A stretch of 64,000 bases of DNA from a virus. Every line of letters starts with the position of its first letter. Within the stretch, counting starts at the first letter, position 1. A program made the translations under genes and the position numbers. The DNA is taken from the IMG/VR virus record IMGVR_UViG_3300050343_000199, positions 96,001 to 160,000 of that record; one strand, 5' to 3'. Below are positions 10,030-18,698 of this stretch, piece by piece. Below the pieces are notes generated by a model, which searched no databases, was not told the origin of the DNA, and saw only the letters and a list, made by a program, of their open reading frames with translations.

Positions 10030-10080
10030 TGGAGGTGAGGGGAATTGAACCCCTGTCCGAAATACCGGTGGTGTCACCTA
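10030..10080 (-). ncRNA. ssrA: tmRNA, piece carrying the helix-2 3' strand, T-arm and 3' acceptor strand (permuted, upstream)
   Basis: GGAC-AGGGG-TTCAATT-CCCCT-CACCTCC-A; CACCTCC pairs with GGGGGTG at 9940-9934, giving G3:U70 and discriminator A; GGTGACAC pairs with GTGTTACT of the other piece. Confidence 0.88.
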
Positions 10081-10096
10081 TTCCACAAAAGTGGAA

Positions 10097-10169
10097 AGCC
10101 AAACACAGGACTTGAACCTGCGACCTGATCTTTACAAAAGACCTGCTCTACCAGCTGAGCTAGTTTGGC
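10097..10169 (-). tRNA. trnT: tRNA-Thr (TGT)
   Basis: GCCAAAC/GTTTGGC stem; anticodon loop TTTGTAA. Confidence 0.95.
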
Positions 10170-10617
10170 GTTTAAACTCTAAATGTCCCCATTGAGATCC
10201 CCAGAGTTTTTTTCCAGTCTCAGGATTAATTCCTGAATCCATGACCTTGTAGTCATTATAACCTAAAATTATGCTGTTTGTCAAGTAAGTTTTAATTCCT
10301 TTCCAAAACACCCAGCAAGTACATTCAGTATTACTACCGTGATATTTGCTTCCAATCAATTCAAATAATGTATCGCATCCTTCTTTATATACACCTTTTA
10401 GGTCATAATTTTTGACGCGAATTTTTTCCCCTTCTGGGAAAATACGAATTAGAAATTTCCTATAGGGTTCTCTTTTATGAAAAGATTGGGTGCCCTCAAA
10501 CCAATCACCACCAATCCACCTATGCTTGATAATAATTCTAGCATATCTAGTAGGATATTTTAATGCCTGTTCTTTATTGTCAAAAGTACCTTCAATATAA
10601 TCATGAAAACGTGTCAT
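10132..10617 (-). CDS. cpeT: CpeT/CpcT-like (T-type) phycobiliprotein lyase, copy 1
   Basis: EGTFDNKEQA..YPTRYARI, PYR, and WGSQWGHLEF motifs of the T-type lyase barrel; 3' end overlaps tRNA-Thr. Confidence 0.7.
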   Translation of the reverse strand: MTRFHDYIEGTFDNKEQALKYPTRYARIIIKHRWIGGDWFEGTQSFHKREPYRKFLIRIFPEGEKIRVKNYDLKGVYKEGCDTLFELIGSKYHGSNTECTCWVFWKGIKTYLTNSIILGYNDYKVMDSGINPETGKKLWGSQWGHLEFKRQTSSAGRAGLL

Positions 10618-10897
10618 CTGGCATTAACTCTGGATTAGTCATTTCAACTGGATATAAACATGGATGTAATTCTTCAGCAATAAGATAGTCGGAATATTGA
10701 TCTACCTGCTCCATTGTAAACTCTGGATTTAATGCTGCTTCTGCTCTTATCCAAACATCTTCAAGTTCTTCCCTTTCTACTTTATCATATGTAAAAGGCA
10801 TTCCCTCAATGAAATACATTTTCACAATAACTGTGTAATTTACTGGAAATGTGCAAAAGACGTATTTTGATGTTAAATTGTATGGATGAAACGACAT
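10601..10897 (-). CDS. Conserved cyanophage hypothetical protein
   Basis: ORF track; abuts neighbours; true start may be the internal MYFIEGMPF. Confidence 0.6.
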   Translation of the reverse strand: MSFHPYNLTSKYVFCTFPVNYTVIVKMYFIEGMPFTYDKVEREELEDVWIRAEAALNPEFTMEQVDQYSDYLIAEELHPCLYPVEMTNPELMPDDTFS

Positions 10898-10942
10898 CGT
10901 ATTGCTTCTGCTTGTCGTATTTATGGTGATATCAACTCATTT

Positions 10943-11131
10943 TCATTCTCCATATTCTTTTTTGAGTTTGAAATACAGTTTGTAATAGGGTTTTTTCATT
11001 TGATCAATAGTATTCATGTCTTCTTCAAACCCCATCCATTTACAGAGTTGATATGATCCTTCTAATTCACTAATCAACCTTAAAATATTAGCAGGATGCT
11101 TCTCAAGTCCACCAAAATCATACTTAGACAT
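10943..11131 (-). CDS. Hypothetical protein
   Basis: ORF track; AATAATAAACTATG upstream context; co-directional. Confidence 0.65.
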   Translation of the reverse strand: MSKYDFGGLEKHPANILRLISELEGSYQLCKWMGFEEDMNTIDQMKKPYYKLYFKLKKEYGE

Positions 11132-11147
11132 AGTTTATTATTAATAA

Positions 11148-11232
11148 TAGGAGTAGGGAGACTTGAACTCCCACGAGCATAATGCTCAACAGATTTTAAG
11201 TCTGGTGTGTCTACCGATTCCACCATACTCCC
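11148..11232 (-). tRNA. trnL: tRNA-Leu (TAA)
   Basis: GGGAGTA/TACTCCT stem; CCAGA-CTTAAAA-TCTGT anticodon arm; long variable arm. Confidence 0.95.
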
Positions 11233-11235
11233 GAA

Positions 11236-11308
11236 TGCAGGTTGTGGGAGTTGAACCCACTTTAGCCGCTTTATGAGAACGGTGCATTTACCAAATTGCT
11301 AAACCTGC
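11236..11308 (-). tRNA. tRNA with CAT anticodon (elongator Met or Ile2)
   Basis: GCAGGTT/AACCTGC stem; CCGTT-CTCATAA-AGCGG arm; G1:C72 paired, so not an initiator. Confidence 0.9.
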
Positions 11309-11313
11309 TATAG

Positions 11314-11601
11314 TCACAGATCAATCTCAAGTTGTAGTTTACGTTCTTCCTCTATCCTATTATGCTCTGCCCACATCTCAGCAACCATATCTACAGGTTC
11401 TGGTGTCTGATAAGGTGGTGATGGTTGTGATTGCCACTCATCAATCGTTTCTTGTGTAGGGACAGTAATTCGGAAAGGAATATCTTCCTCCACAAACTCA
11501 TTATTCATATCAATATATGTCTGAGGAGTAATCTTAACCTGTTTAGGTTTATGCATCTTCTGATATTGATTAGCACCCAAGTTGTCTAGAAAATCATTCA
11601 T
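11314..11601 (-). CDS. Hypothetical protein
   Basis: ORF track; ATGA overlap with upstream gene. Confidence 0.7.
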   Translation of the reverse strand: MNDFLDNLGANQYQKMHKPKQVKITPQTYIDMNNEFVEEDIPFRITVPTQETIDEWQSQPSPPYQTPEPVDMVAEMWAEHNRIEEERKLQLEIDL

Positions 11602-11897
11602 AATGTTCGTTCTAATCTATTTGTTGCTTGATCTGGGAAGTCTCTAGGTCTACTATCAGTAGCATTGTCAGTCTTAGGAGAACCTTCGTTCGCCTTCATA
11701 GTATGCTGATAGTTTGGTCGTGGGTATCTCATATAGAATGGATCAGGCATCCAGTATGTTACCTGCCATTCTTGTTCGGGACATAGTTCAAGATGCTTCT
11801 CTACACTATGAGAAAAACTACCGAGTTGAATATAACCATCATGAGTGATGCATCTGCCATTGCCAGCATCAACCAGGAACATCATCTTGCTACTCAT
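11598..11897 (-). CDS. Conserved cyanophage hypothetical protein
   Basis: ORF track; ATGA-coupled on both sides. Confidence 0.75.
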   Translation of the reverse strand: MSSKMMFLVDAGNGRCITHDGYIQLGSFSHSVEKHLELCPEQEWQVTYWMPDPFYMRYPRPNYQHTMKANEGSPKTDNATDSRPRDFPDQATNRLERTL

Positions 11898-12025
11898 AGC
11901 ATTTCTTGCTCTGGGTTAAGATTTTTCACAAATTGCACAGGATCCTTTTCGGACTTATGTACCCAATGATAGCGCATCATCTCAAAAATGGGATCCCATG
12001 TGGCGACACAGACATAATCCTTCAT
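11894..12025 (-). CDS. Small hypothetical protein (43 aa)
   Basis: Read manually: MKDYVCVATWDPIFEMMRYHWVHKSEKDPVQFVKNLNPEQEML*; ATGA overlaps at both ends. Confidence 0.7.
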   Translation of the reverse strand: MKDYVCVATWDPIFEMMRYHWVHKSEKDPVQFVKNLNPEQEML

Positions 12026-12126
12026 GTATACCTCGCTGCAAGCTCTTTAAGTTCTTTCACTGTCAGTTTATTTAACTGCTCAGTAAAATGATCTAATAGC
12101 AATTGCTTATATTGTTTCTTAGTCAT
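12022..12126 (-). CDS. Small hypothetical protein (34 aa)
   Basis: Read manually: MTKKQYKQLLLDHFTEQLNKLTVKELKELAARYT*; ATG abuts the cpeT stop. Confidence 0.6.
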   Translation of the reverse strand: MTKKQYKQLLLDHFTEQLNKLTVKELKELAARYT

Positions 12127-12615
12127 TTAAACACAGATAGGTCCTTCGGATTTTTGAAATTCGTAAATTACATTACTACCCCATATGACTTTATCGTTCT
12201 TCCATCCTTGATCTCTACTCTTGTAAACTTCACCATTAAATTCTACCACACTTTTGAGTTCTCCGCCATTAATTATGCATTTATTTGTAGCAACAGAACC
12301 TTTATAGAATATACCATTAGGTTTAAATATCATATCACAACATTTATTGCGCTCTTTCCAATCAGGAGACCAGTTTTCAACTACAATTTGATCCGAATCA
12401 TCTTGAATACGATGCCATCTCTGTCGGTAAGGATTTTCTTCCCCCAGATACTGATACCACTGCTTTGATTTAAATTCAAGTTCTCCTATACGTTCCCAAG
12501 TAAGTTTGATGTGTGCATACTTTGCCGGGTTACCAGCAGCTTGATACCAATTATCATAGAACCCCTCCAATTTATCACAAAAATCTTCAATGTTTATCAT
12601 AACCAATACTACCAA
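12127..12615 (-). CDS. cpeT: CpeT/CpcT-like lyase, copy 2
   Basis: LEGFYDNWYQAAGNP.KYAHI, QWYQY.GEENPYRQRWH, CCDMIF and KVIWGS motifs; probable start MINIEDF. Confidence 0.8.
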   Translation of the reverse strand: MVVLVMINIEDFCDKLEGFYDNWYQAAGNPAKYAHIKLTWERIGELEFKSKQWYQYLGEENPYRQRWHRIQDDSDQIVVENWSPDWKERNKCCDMIFKPNGIFYKGSVATNKCIINGGELKSVVEFNGEVYKSRDQGWKNDKVIWGSNVIYEFQKSEGPICV

Positions 12616-12829
12616 GATAATGTAATGTGTCTTTCATGCTACCAATATGTTTATTACCGATAGCAACCTGAGGATATGTTGCATCAGATCCAAATTCCAT
12701 TTGAAATTGTTGCTGAGTAAAATGATTCCCTAGTACGTATTCATGGAATTCAGTACTAACAGATCTTAAGAGCATTCCTATACGTTCGCATTCTTGATTA
12801 CTATTACTGTAAATTACTGCTGTTGTCAT
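12587..12829 (-). CDS. Glutaredoxin-like protein lacking CxxC
   Basis: AVIYS...EC, EFG..ATYPQV.IG..HIG thioredoxin-fold pattern; only one Cys. Confidence 0.7.
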   Translation of the reverse strand: MTTAVIYSNSNQECERIGMLLRSVSTEFHEYVLGNHFTQQQFQMEFGSDATYPQVAIGNKHIGSMKDTLHYLGSIGYDKH

Positions 12830-13001
12830 AGTTAATTACAATTTGTCGTGAAACTTCTCCCTTGCTATTTACCAAGAGTTTTTTTTCTAATGTTCCATTT
12901 AGAATATTGCGAACATTTTCCAATTGATGTTCAATTATAAAGTTTTTAAACCCATCATCCATCCAAGATTTATTAGATCCTGGTGTATTGAAATCTTCCA
13001 T
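12804..13001 (-). CDS. Hypothetical protein
   Basis: ORF track; co-directional packing. Confidence 0.65.
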   Translation of the reverse strand: MEDFNTPGSNKSWMDDGFKNFIIEHQLENVRNILNGTLEKKLLVNSKGEVSRQIVINYDNSSNLQ

Positions 13002-13002
13002 G

Positions 13003-13530
13003 TTAAATCCAATCAGGTTTGCGGTCTGGGATACGAAGATAGTTATCTTTTACCCATGGTTTAGATGAAATATACATCTTATACTTATCGTAAATATCAA
13101 TACCTTCATCGTATTTAAACTCATCAGGTCCTGCAAATACAAAAGGTTTAGGACCCTTCCCACTGCGACCTTGTGGGTCTGCTGTAGGAAGTATCTCCTT
13201 TGCTGCTAGAAGCGTCTTCTGGCAGGTGTGAACTTTACCATAGCGAGCAGTATACTCATCACACATAGCAAGACCATGTGCGAGTAACCACTGCCAGTTG
13301 GTTACAAACTCATTCGCCCAAATAGTACAAGGGTGATTACGAAAAGCACCCTTCTCAGTAGCATAAGGAGTACCGTCTGCTTTAGGAAGAGTACCGAAGT
13401 TATGTCCCCATTTGTCTGAGCATACAATAGCAAGCATCTGGCAAGTCTCTAGGGGCATCTTGACAATGTGCTTGTCAGGGAGAACCACAGCAGACTTATA
13501 TGGACTAGGATCAGTTACAAAGATATTCAT
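13003..13530 (-). CDS. Pyrimidine-dimer DNA glycosylase / DenV-like protein
   Basis: MNIF.TD....SA..LPDKHIVKMPLE..QML and NHPCT.WA motifs. Confidence 0.75.
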   Translation of the reverse strand: MNIFVTDPSPYKSAVVLPDKHIVKMPLETCQMLAIVCSDKWGHNFGTLPKADGTPYATEKGAFRNHPCTIWANEFVTNWQWLLAHGLAMCDEYTARYGKVHTCQKTLLAAKEILPTADPQGRSGKGPKPFVFAGPDEFKYDEGIDIYDKYKMYISSKPWVKDNYLRIPDRKPDWI

Positions 13531-13751
13531 ATCAATTTAGATAGCGAGATGCATAACAAGAATACTAACATTATAACTACGTCCCAAGATCTTGTCTTTA
13601 TAAAGTAAGGAACTGAAATAAGATCTGCAACGAAGTGTGCGCCCACACCAATTAATACATTTACATGAAGGACAATGAAGTAGGCAACAATAACAAGAGC
13701 ACTACCTATGATCCTTAAACGAACTACATTCATAATATTAGTATAACTCAA
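13527..13751 (-). CDS. Small membrane protein
   Basis: Hydrophobic segments; ATGA-coupled. Confidence 0.65.
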   Translation of the reverse strand: MSYTNIMNVVRLRIIGSALVIVAYFIVLHVNVLIGVGAHFVADLISVPYFIKTRSWDVVIMLVFLLCISLSKLI

Positions 13752-14066
13752 TTAGTCACGCTGACGCCAATCATCAGGTTTATCTTGCTGAAACCATTCT
13801 AGCATATCATCAGCACTTGTAAACCCCTTCTTATGTTTGGATGGGTCGGGATCTCCTAGTCCCATCCTATTCAGAAAATCGTCTGTGCTACCGTCTTCAA
13901 TTTCCTGAGAAGATTGTCTTCGTGCTTGCTGTAACCAATCACGAGCAGTAGTATGACTCTTTGCCAATTTCTCTGCCCAAATCATATCATCTAATTTTAC
14001 CTCTTCACCATTCGCAATACATTTACAAATAAACTCCATTCGCAGTCGGTATTTTGTAGACAGCAT
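13752..14066 (-). CDS. Conserved cyanophage hypothetical protein
   Basis: MLSTKYRLRMEFIC..IANGEEV motif; CTAAATA late-like box at 14089-14095 upstream. Confidence 0.75.
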   Translation of the reverse strand: MLSTKYRLRMEFICKCIANGEEVKLDDMIWAEKLAKSHTTARDWLQQARRQSSQEIEDGSTDDFLNRMGLGDPDPSKHKKGFTSADDMLEWFQQDKPDDWRQRD

Positions 14067-14101
14067 AAAACCTAGATCACACCTGGTTTATTTAGAAGCA
14101 T

Positions 14102-14127
14102 AAAAAAAGAGGACCCGAAGGTCCTCT
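14102..14127 (-). terminator. Rho-independent terminator with UUCG tetraloop
   Basis: AGAGGAC-C-TTCG-G-GTCCTCT followed by T-tract on the minus strand. Confidence 0.9.
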
Positions 14128-14143
14128 CAGTTATGTCAGGAGA

Positions 14144-14515
14144 TCAGAAGGAATACTTCAATCCCAATTTTGTTCCATAACCGCGATCAACGTCGCTATC
14201 ACCTGAACCAACGAACGAGACTTCGCCATATGCACCCAGAGCATCGCTCAAGGAGATACCAACGCCTGCCTTACCTGAAGGAACGGTGTCGCTCTCAGCA
14301 CCGTCAGGAGCAACTACGCTAGCGCCGCCTTGGACATAGTATGATGCAGAGTCACCTAGTGCGCCTTCGTAACCTACGTGAAGGTCTGTGGCAGTTCCGG
14401 AGTAGTCGGATCCAGTCCATCCTGAGTTGGCTTCTACGTTAACGTAGGGTCCGGCGAATGCAGCACCAGCAGAGACGGACAGGGCAGCGGTTGCTGCAAA
14501 TACAGATTTGATCAT
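14144..14515 (-). CDS. Small outer-membrane beta-barrel-like protein
   Basis: Sec signal (MIKSVFAATAALSVSAGAAFA), alternating beta-strand pattern, C-terminal ...GLKYSF aromatic barrel signature. Confidence 0.75.
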   Translation of the reverse strand: MIKSVFAATAALSVSAGAAFAGPYVNVEANSGWTGSDYSGTATDLHVGYEGALGDSASYYVQGGASVVAPDGAESDTVPSGKAGVGISLSDALGAYGEVSFVGSGDSDVDRGYGTKLGLKYSF

Positions 14516-14595
14516 TTTGTTTAATTACCTTTTAGTTTACTTGTGGAGTGATTACCCACAGATGTTGGATTGAGTTGTCCCAATCGCTTGTACAG

Positions 14596-14624
14596 ATTGT
14601 AGCACATGTTGCGATGCGCGTCAA
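14596..14624 (-). promoter_or_regulatory. Sigma70-type promoter for the OMP gene
   Basis: TTGACG-17 nt-TACAAT. Confidence 0.75.
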
Positions 14625-14683
14625 GTGGTATGTGCGATTAATTGAGGCACTTCCCTGATTTGCTACAAGAGTAATTTAGCATG

Positions 14684-14709
14684 AAAAAGGGGAGTTTCAA
14701 CCCCCCCTT
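14684..14709 (-). terminator. Terminator after the gp5 module
   Basis: G-rich/C-rich stem followed by TTTTT. Confidence 0.65.
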
Positions 14710-14758
14710 GTGCCAGTTGGCGATACGGATATCCGATGAATGTGATAACTTTAACTTA

Positions 14759-15832
14759 TCAATTCAGGTATATCAACAGTCCTTTAACATTAACGTTACC
14801 TTTCATTGCTGTGATATCAACATTTCCTGTACCTGTCAGGATACTCGCACCAGTGCCGGAAATCATTGTTAAAAGAGTTGTAGAAGTGATAGTAGCAGCA
14901 TTACTTGCTTGTGTAAGTGGTCCTACTGCAGTAATATTAGTAAATGCTGCGCTCGTAAGAGTTAATCCACCAGCAACAGTTTTCATACCAATAGTACTCA
15001 CCGGATCTTTAATTAATCCAAGAGGTTGTTTAACTCCCAGAGCAATCATTTCTATTGCTCCACCGGCACCCAGAGAGATATCTCCAGCCGCCTTAATATT
15101 CATATGTCCAGGTGATATGACATTAACTGATGCACGAGGATCATACTGAAGACTCACTTCTTCACTAATAATATCTGATTTTTGTCCTGCGACTAAACCG
15201 ACTCTAGTACCACAGGTTTCCGTAATTTGCCCAGCATTGATACGAAGTTCTCCACCACCATTAGGACCTGCTTGAATAAGAACAGAAGATTTACCAATCA
15301 AAGATAAAACATCTGCTGCTTCTAAAACTATATTAGTTCCTTTAATTCTTACTTCACCATGGACTTCTGTAATACAATCGCCATAACATATTTCAGATTT
15401 TGCTGTTTCATTTTTACCTGCTGTAGAAGATTCCTTAGATCCTCCACCTTCTGTTGAAGAATTGGAATTTCCAGTGTATTGAGCAACTAAGGAACCACTT
15501 TTAATTAGTTGACCACCCTTGGAATTGACAATAAATCTGCCACCACATGCTTTACCATTTCCACCAGAACCACTAAGCATCATGATATCTCCATTCTCTT
15601 GAATAGAGATTCCCATACCATTTAACTTATTGCGAATTTCAAGGTCTCCACCATCATCCGTCAATGTATAACGTTTACCCGCAACTAGTACAGTAATTTC
15701 AGTTGAAACAGGTCCTTGATCTTCATTAGGAGTTGATGGTTCTACAGGTGTTTTTCCATCATAAGATCGTTGAGTTGGAGCTCCAGGTGCCCTCAAGTCA
15801 TCACCAAGTTTTTGATCAAATGTTTTTGCCAT
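14759..15832 (-). CDS. gp5 C-terminal-like (beta-helix spike) protein
   Basis: Gly/Ser-rich short beta repeats, ends ..KGLLIYLN; directly follows the gp5 N-terminal gene. Confidence 0.65.
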   Translation of the reverse strand: MAKTFDQKLGDDLRAPGAPTQRSYDGKTPVEPSTPNEDQGPVSTEITVLVAGKRYTLTDDGGDLEIRNKLNGMGISIQENGDIMMLSGSGGNGKACGGRFIVNSKGGQLIKSGSLVAQYTGNSNSSTEGGGSKESSTAGKNETAKSEICYGDCITEVHGEVRIKGTNIVLEAADVLSLIGKSSVLIQAGPNGGGELRINAGQITETCGTRVGLVAGQKSDIISEEVSLQYDPRASVNVISPGHMNIKAAGDISLGAGGAIEMIALGVKQPLGLIKDPVSTIGMKTVAGGLTLTSAAFTNITAVGPLTQASNAATITSTTLLTMISGTGASILTGTGNVDITAMKGNVNVKGLLIYLN

Positions 15833-15840
15833 AATTACTC

Positions 15841-18693
15841 CTAAGGACAATCAATATATTTACCTGTCCCGATCTTGGCAGATCCAACAGTAACTCTAAC
15901 ATCTCTATCAAGACAAGAGAATGATGGAATGAATTTAGCACCATATCCACCACCGCCGATGATAAGAACTTTAGGATAGCTATCAAAAACAATAGACCTG
16001 TTTTTAATTCTAACACTAATGACTTTACCATTTTCAACTACCGCATCAGCAATGGTATTATCACCGTTGATGTATACTTGAGGTGAAGAAGTATACTCTC
16101 TACCAGGATTTAACACAGTGAAAGAATCAATGATACATTCTTTGTCTGATGTTTGGGGAGTATTAATTTTATATCCAAATCCAGGATCGGTAATTCTTAA
16201 CTCAGTAATTCTACCAGTAGAATCTAATAATGGCAATGCAGATGCGCGGAATCCTTCTCCTGGAATAATAACCACTGGAAGTTCTGTATATGGATCTCCA
16301 GGTTCATCAATAGGAATATCAATAATTCCACCACCAGGATCAGTAATGATCTTTCCGGGATCTACAGTAGGATTTCTAGGTGGATCAGTTCTTGAATTTG
16401 TATTAGAAGATGAATCTTCACTGGCATCTAATTCTTCAGGACTAAACCCAGAAGCATCAGAGAGAATAATAACATTGGTACTAGCAGTTGTTCCTGCAAT
16501 ACCAAATGTCAGTAATTCTTCATCTTCTAGTTCAGAATCTACATTTATACCAATAATAACAGTTGCTGTATTATTTTCTATAGTAAATGATCCCGATAAT
16601 GAATTACTTACAATATCATTTGGGGTAATTCCAGTTCCAAATAGACGATAGAATAATGTTCTGCCAGTCTCAACATTTGTAGTAGTTATAGTATATTTGA
16701 TAAATTGCCCTTCCTTTACACTAGACCTATCAGATACTACTTTATAGGTTGGCGTTGTATCAGTAGGATCAACAGTAGGATTAGGATCTACATCTCTAGC
16801 ATCAACAATATCAGAAATAATTGTGTCAGGTGATTCAGTAGGTGCAGATGGAGGAGATGGTGGGGGATCTCCTGGTGCTGGTGACGGTAGACCTGGTGTC
16901 CTAATAGTACTTTCAGTTATCACACACTTAGCAACAGTTTTTTTAGCAAATGCTGGAATTGTTCCAGGAGAATCTTTTTTGATTGTCACAAAGAAATCCT
17001 CATCTCCCTCAGATTCCGTATCAGTAAGAGTTCTCACAAAAATTTTCTTTTCCGATTCTCCAGGAGCAAATCCTAAAATACCACTAGATTTTAAATAGTC
17101 AGTTCCTTCCGTAGCACTACCGTTTCTAGTAGTATACTTGACACTTGATGATACATCAAGATATCCAACTCTAGTAACAACAAAAGTTGCTTCATCTCCT
17201 TCTTCAACTTTAATATCAGAGATATCATATTGAATAGAATTTGGAACTGGGGGATTTTGAACCCCACCAACAAATATTACTTTTGTTGGTTGAAGAACAT
17301 TTCCTTCATATGCCTCATCACAAGTATACCTAGACCAATCTTCTCCCGTAACTGGGAATAGATCGTCAGTAATATTATTCAATAGATCATCTAAGAAATT
17401 ACTCCGATCATCAGAATCGCAATTAGTACAAGCTACGGTAGTTTTAGAACATGACTTTCCAGGACCGTTGCATTGGATTCCAAGTAAATCTAAAACATAG
17501 TTAATTGCATCACCGATAATATTAATAGCAGATGCTGCAGCACCTAAAAGGTCCTGAAGAGGACCTAAAACAGATTCAAGTAATTCATTCATTAAAGATT
17601 GTATTTTACTTAAAACACCTTCAACAAAATTATCAACTAAACATGCTGCTGCTTTGTATACATCAAACAAATATCCAAAAATAAGATCTTCCAAGAAAGA
17701 AGCCAAACGATCTCCAAGATCTGCCATCTGGCAACCAATATTAGCTAAAAGGTCGTTAAAGAATTTTGTAAGCGGTGTTAATGAATTACCAGTATCCGAT
17801 GGATACAATAGCATGTTAATTAAATCTTTAATACCTGCTTTTATTTTTTCAAGAATAAATCCCTTCACAGACGCGACAAAAGTTCTTACAACAGAGATCG
17901 CCTGATTTACATATTTTCTCCCTATGCCAACTGCATCATGCAATTCACCACTTAATGGTGCAATAAGGTATGTTCCTAATTTGCCGTCATTGTTTTGAAC
18001 TTCGGCAAGCATTTCCGAGAATAATCTAGTAAAAGTTTTTTTAAGATCAGTTTCTTTACCACACTTATCTGCTTTCTCTACACAAAAATTAATCCCTCCA
18101 GGATTTAAATCTGTATTTTTAGAATATTTCGCTACTTGAAAATTTGTTGGACCACTAATTATTTTCTCATCACCAGTCTCCCCTAGTATGCCACTAGGAG
18201 CTACTCCTGCCTCTGTAGCAGTTATCGCAGCCTTTTCGCCAACGGCAGGGTTAGGTTGATCAAACGCTAGTTTAGCATCTTCCGGAATATAGGTAGTAAA
18301 TGATTTACAGTTTTCACCTGGTGTAGGATCATCAGCAGTCTTTTCAGATGTTGAATTAGCAACTCTACCAACAGAACCCATAATAATAGGTTGTTGTTGA
18401 AGATTATCCAGATAAAATCCAATAACCCATACTCCCTTACCCAATTGATCAGAGACTGATGTTGCTCCTCCTGGTGTATGAGGATTCGTTACGGGCATCA
18501 TAGTAATTGCCCATGGAAGATCATCCCATGAAACTGCCTCACAAGACTTAGGATGAGCACCAACGATCCTTACTTTATAACGACCAGAAAGTTTTTCATC
18601 ATCCGCCTTCTCAGATTCAACTTGCCCAACCCACCATGAGAATCCATCGGATCCGATTTGGTTTATTGGATATAACCCGTTTAATGAATCCAT
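15841..18693 (-). CDS. Baseplate hub gp5-like protein (N-terminal OB fold plus Calx-beta insert)
   Basis: WWVGQVE..GRYKVRIVGAH..LPWA..V.GFYLD..QQPIIMGS gp5 OB-fold motif; Calx-beta-like V.Y.T..GSATEG.DY..G.L.F.PGE. Confidence 0.85.
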   Translation of the reverse strand: MDSLNGLYPINQIGSDGFSWWVGQVESEKADDEKLSGRYKVRIVGAHPKSCEAVSWDDLPWAITMMPVTNPHTPGGATSVSDQLGKGVWVIGFYLDNLQQQPIIMGSVGRVANSTSEKTADDPTPGENCKSFTTYIPEDAKLAFDQPNPAVGEKAAITATEAGVAPSGILGETGDEKIISGPTNFQVAKYSKNTDLNPGGINFCVEKADKCGKETDLKKTFTRLFSEMLAEVQNNDGKLGTYLIAPLSGELHDAVGIGRKYVNQAISVVRTFVASVKGFILEKIKAGIKDLINMLLYPSDTGNSLTPLTKFFNDLLANIGCQMADLGDRLASFLEDLIFGYLFDVYKAAACLVDNFVEGVLSKIQSLMNELLESVLGPLQDLLGAAASAINIIGDAINYVLDLLGIQCNGPGKSCSKTTVACTNCDSDDRSNFLDDLLNNITDDLFPVTGEDWSRYTCDEAYEGNVLQPTKVIFVGGVQNPPVPNSIQYDISDIKVEEGDEATFVVTRVGYLDVSSSVKYTTRNGSATEGTDYLKSSGILGFAPGESEKKIFVRTLTDTESEGDEDFFVTIKKDSPGTIPAFAKKTVAKCVITESTIRTPGLPSPAPGDPPPSPPSAPTESPDTIISDIVDARDVDPNPTVDPTDTTPTYKVVSDRSSVKEGQFIKYTITTTNVETGRTLFYRLFGTGITPNDIVSNSLSGSFTIENNTATVIIGINVDSELEDEELLTFGIAGTTASTNVIILSDASGFSPEELDASEDSSSNTNSRTDPPRNPTVDPGKIITDPGGGIIDIPIDEPGDPYTELPVVIIPGEGFRASALPLLDSTGRITELRITDPGFGYKINTPQTSDKECIIDSFTVLNPGREYTSSPQVYINGDNTIADAVVENGKVISVRIKNRSIVFDSYPKVLIIGGGGYGAKFIPSFSCLDRDVRVTVGSAKIGTGKYIDCP

Positions 18694-18698
18694 ATTAA

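Noticed and set aside
9763-10038. 91-aa plus-strand ORF from the track
   Set aside because: Antisense shadow of the tmRNA and tRNA-Tyr; no expression signals.
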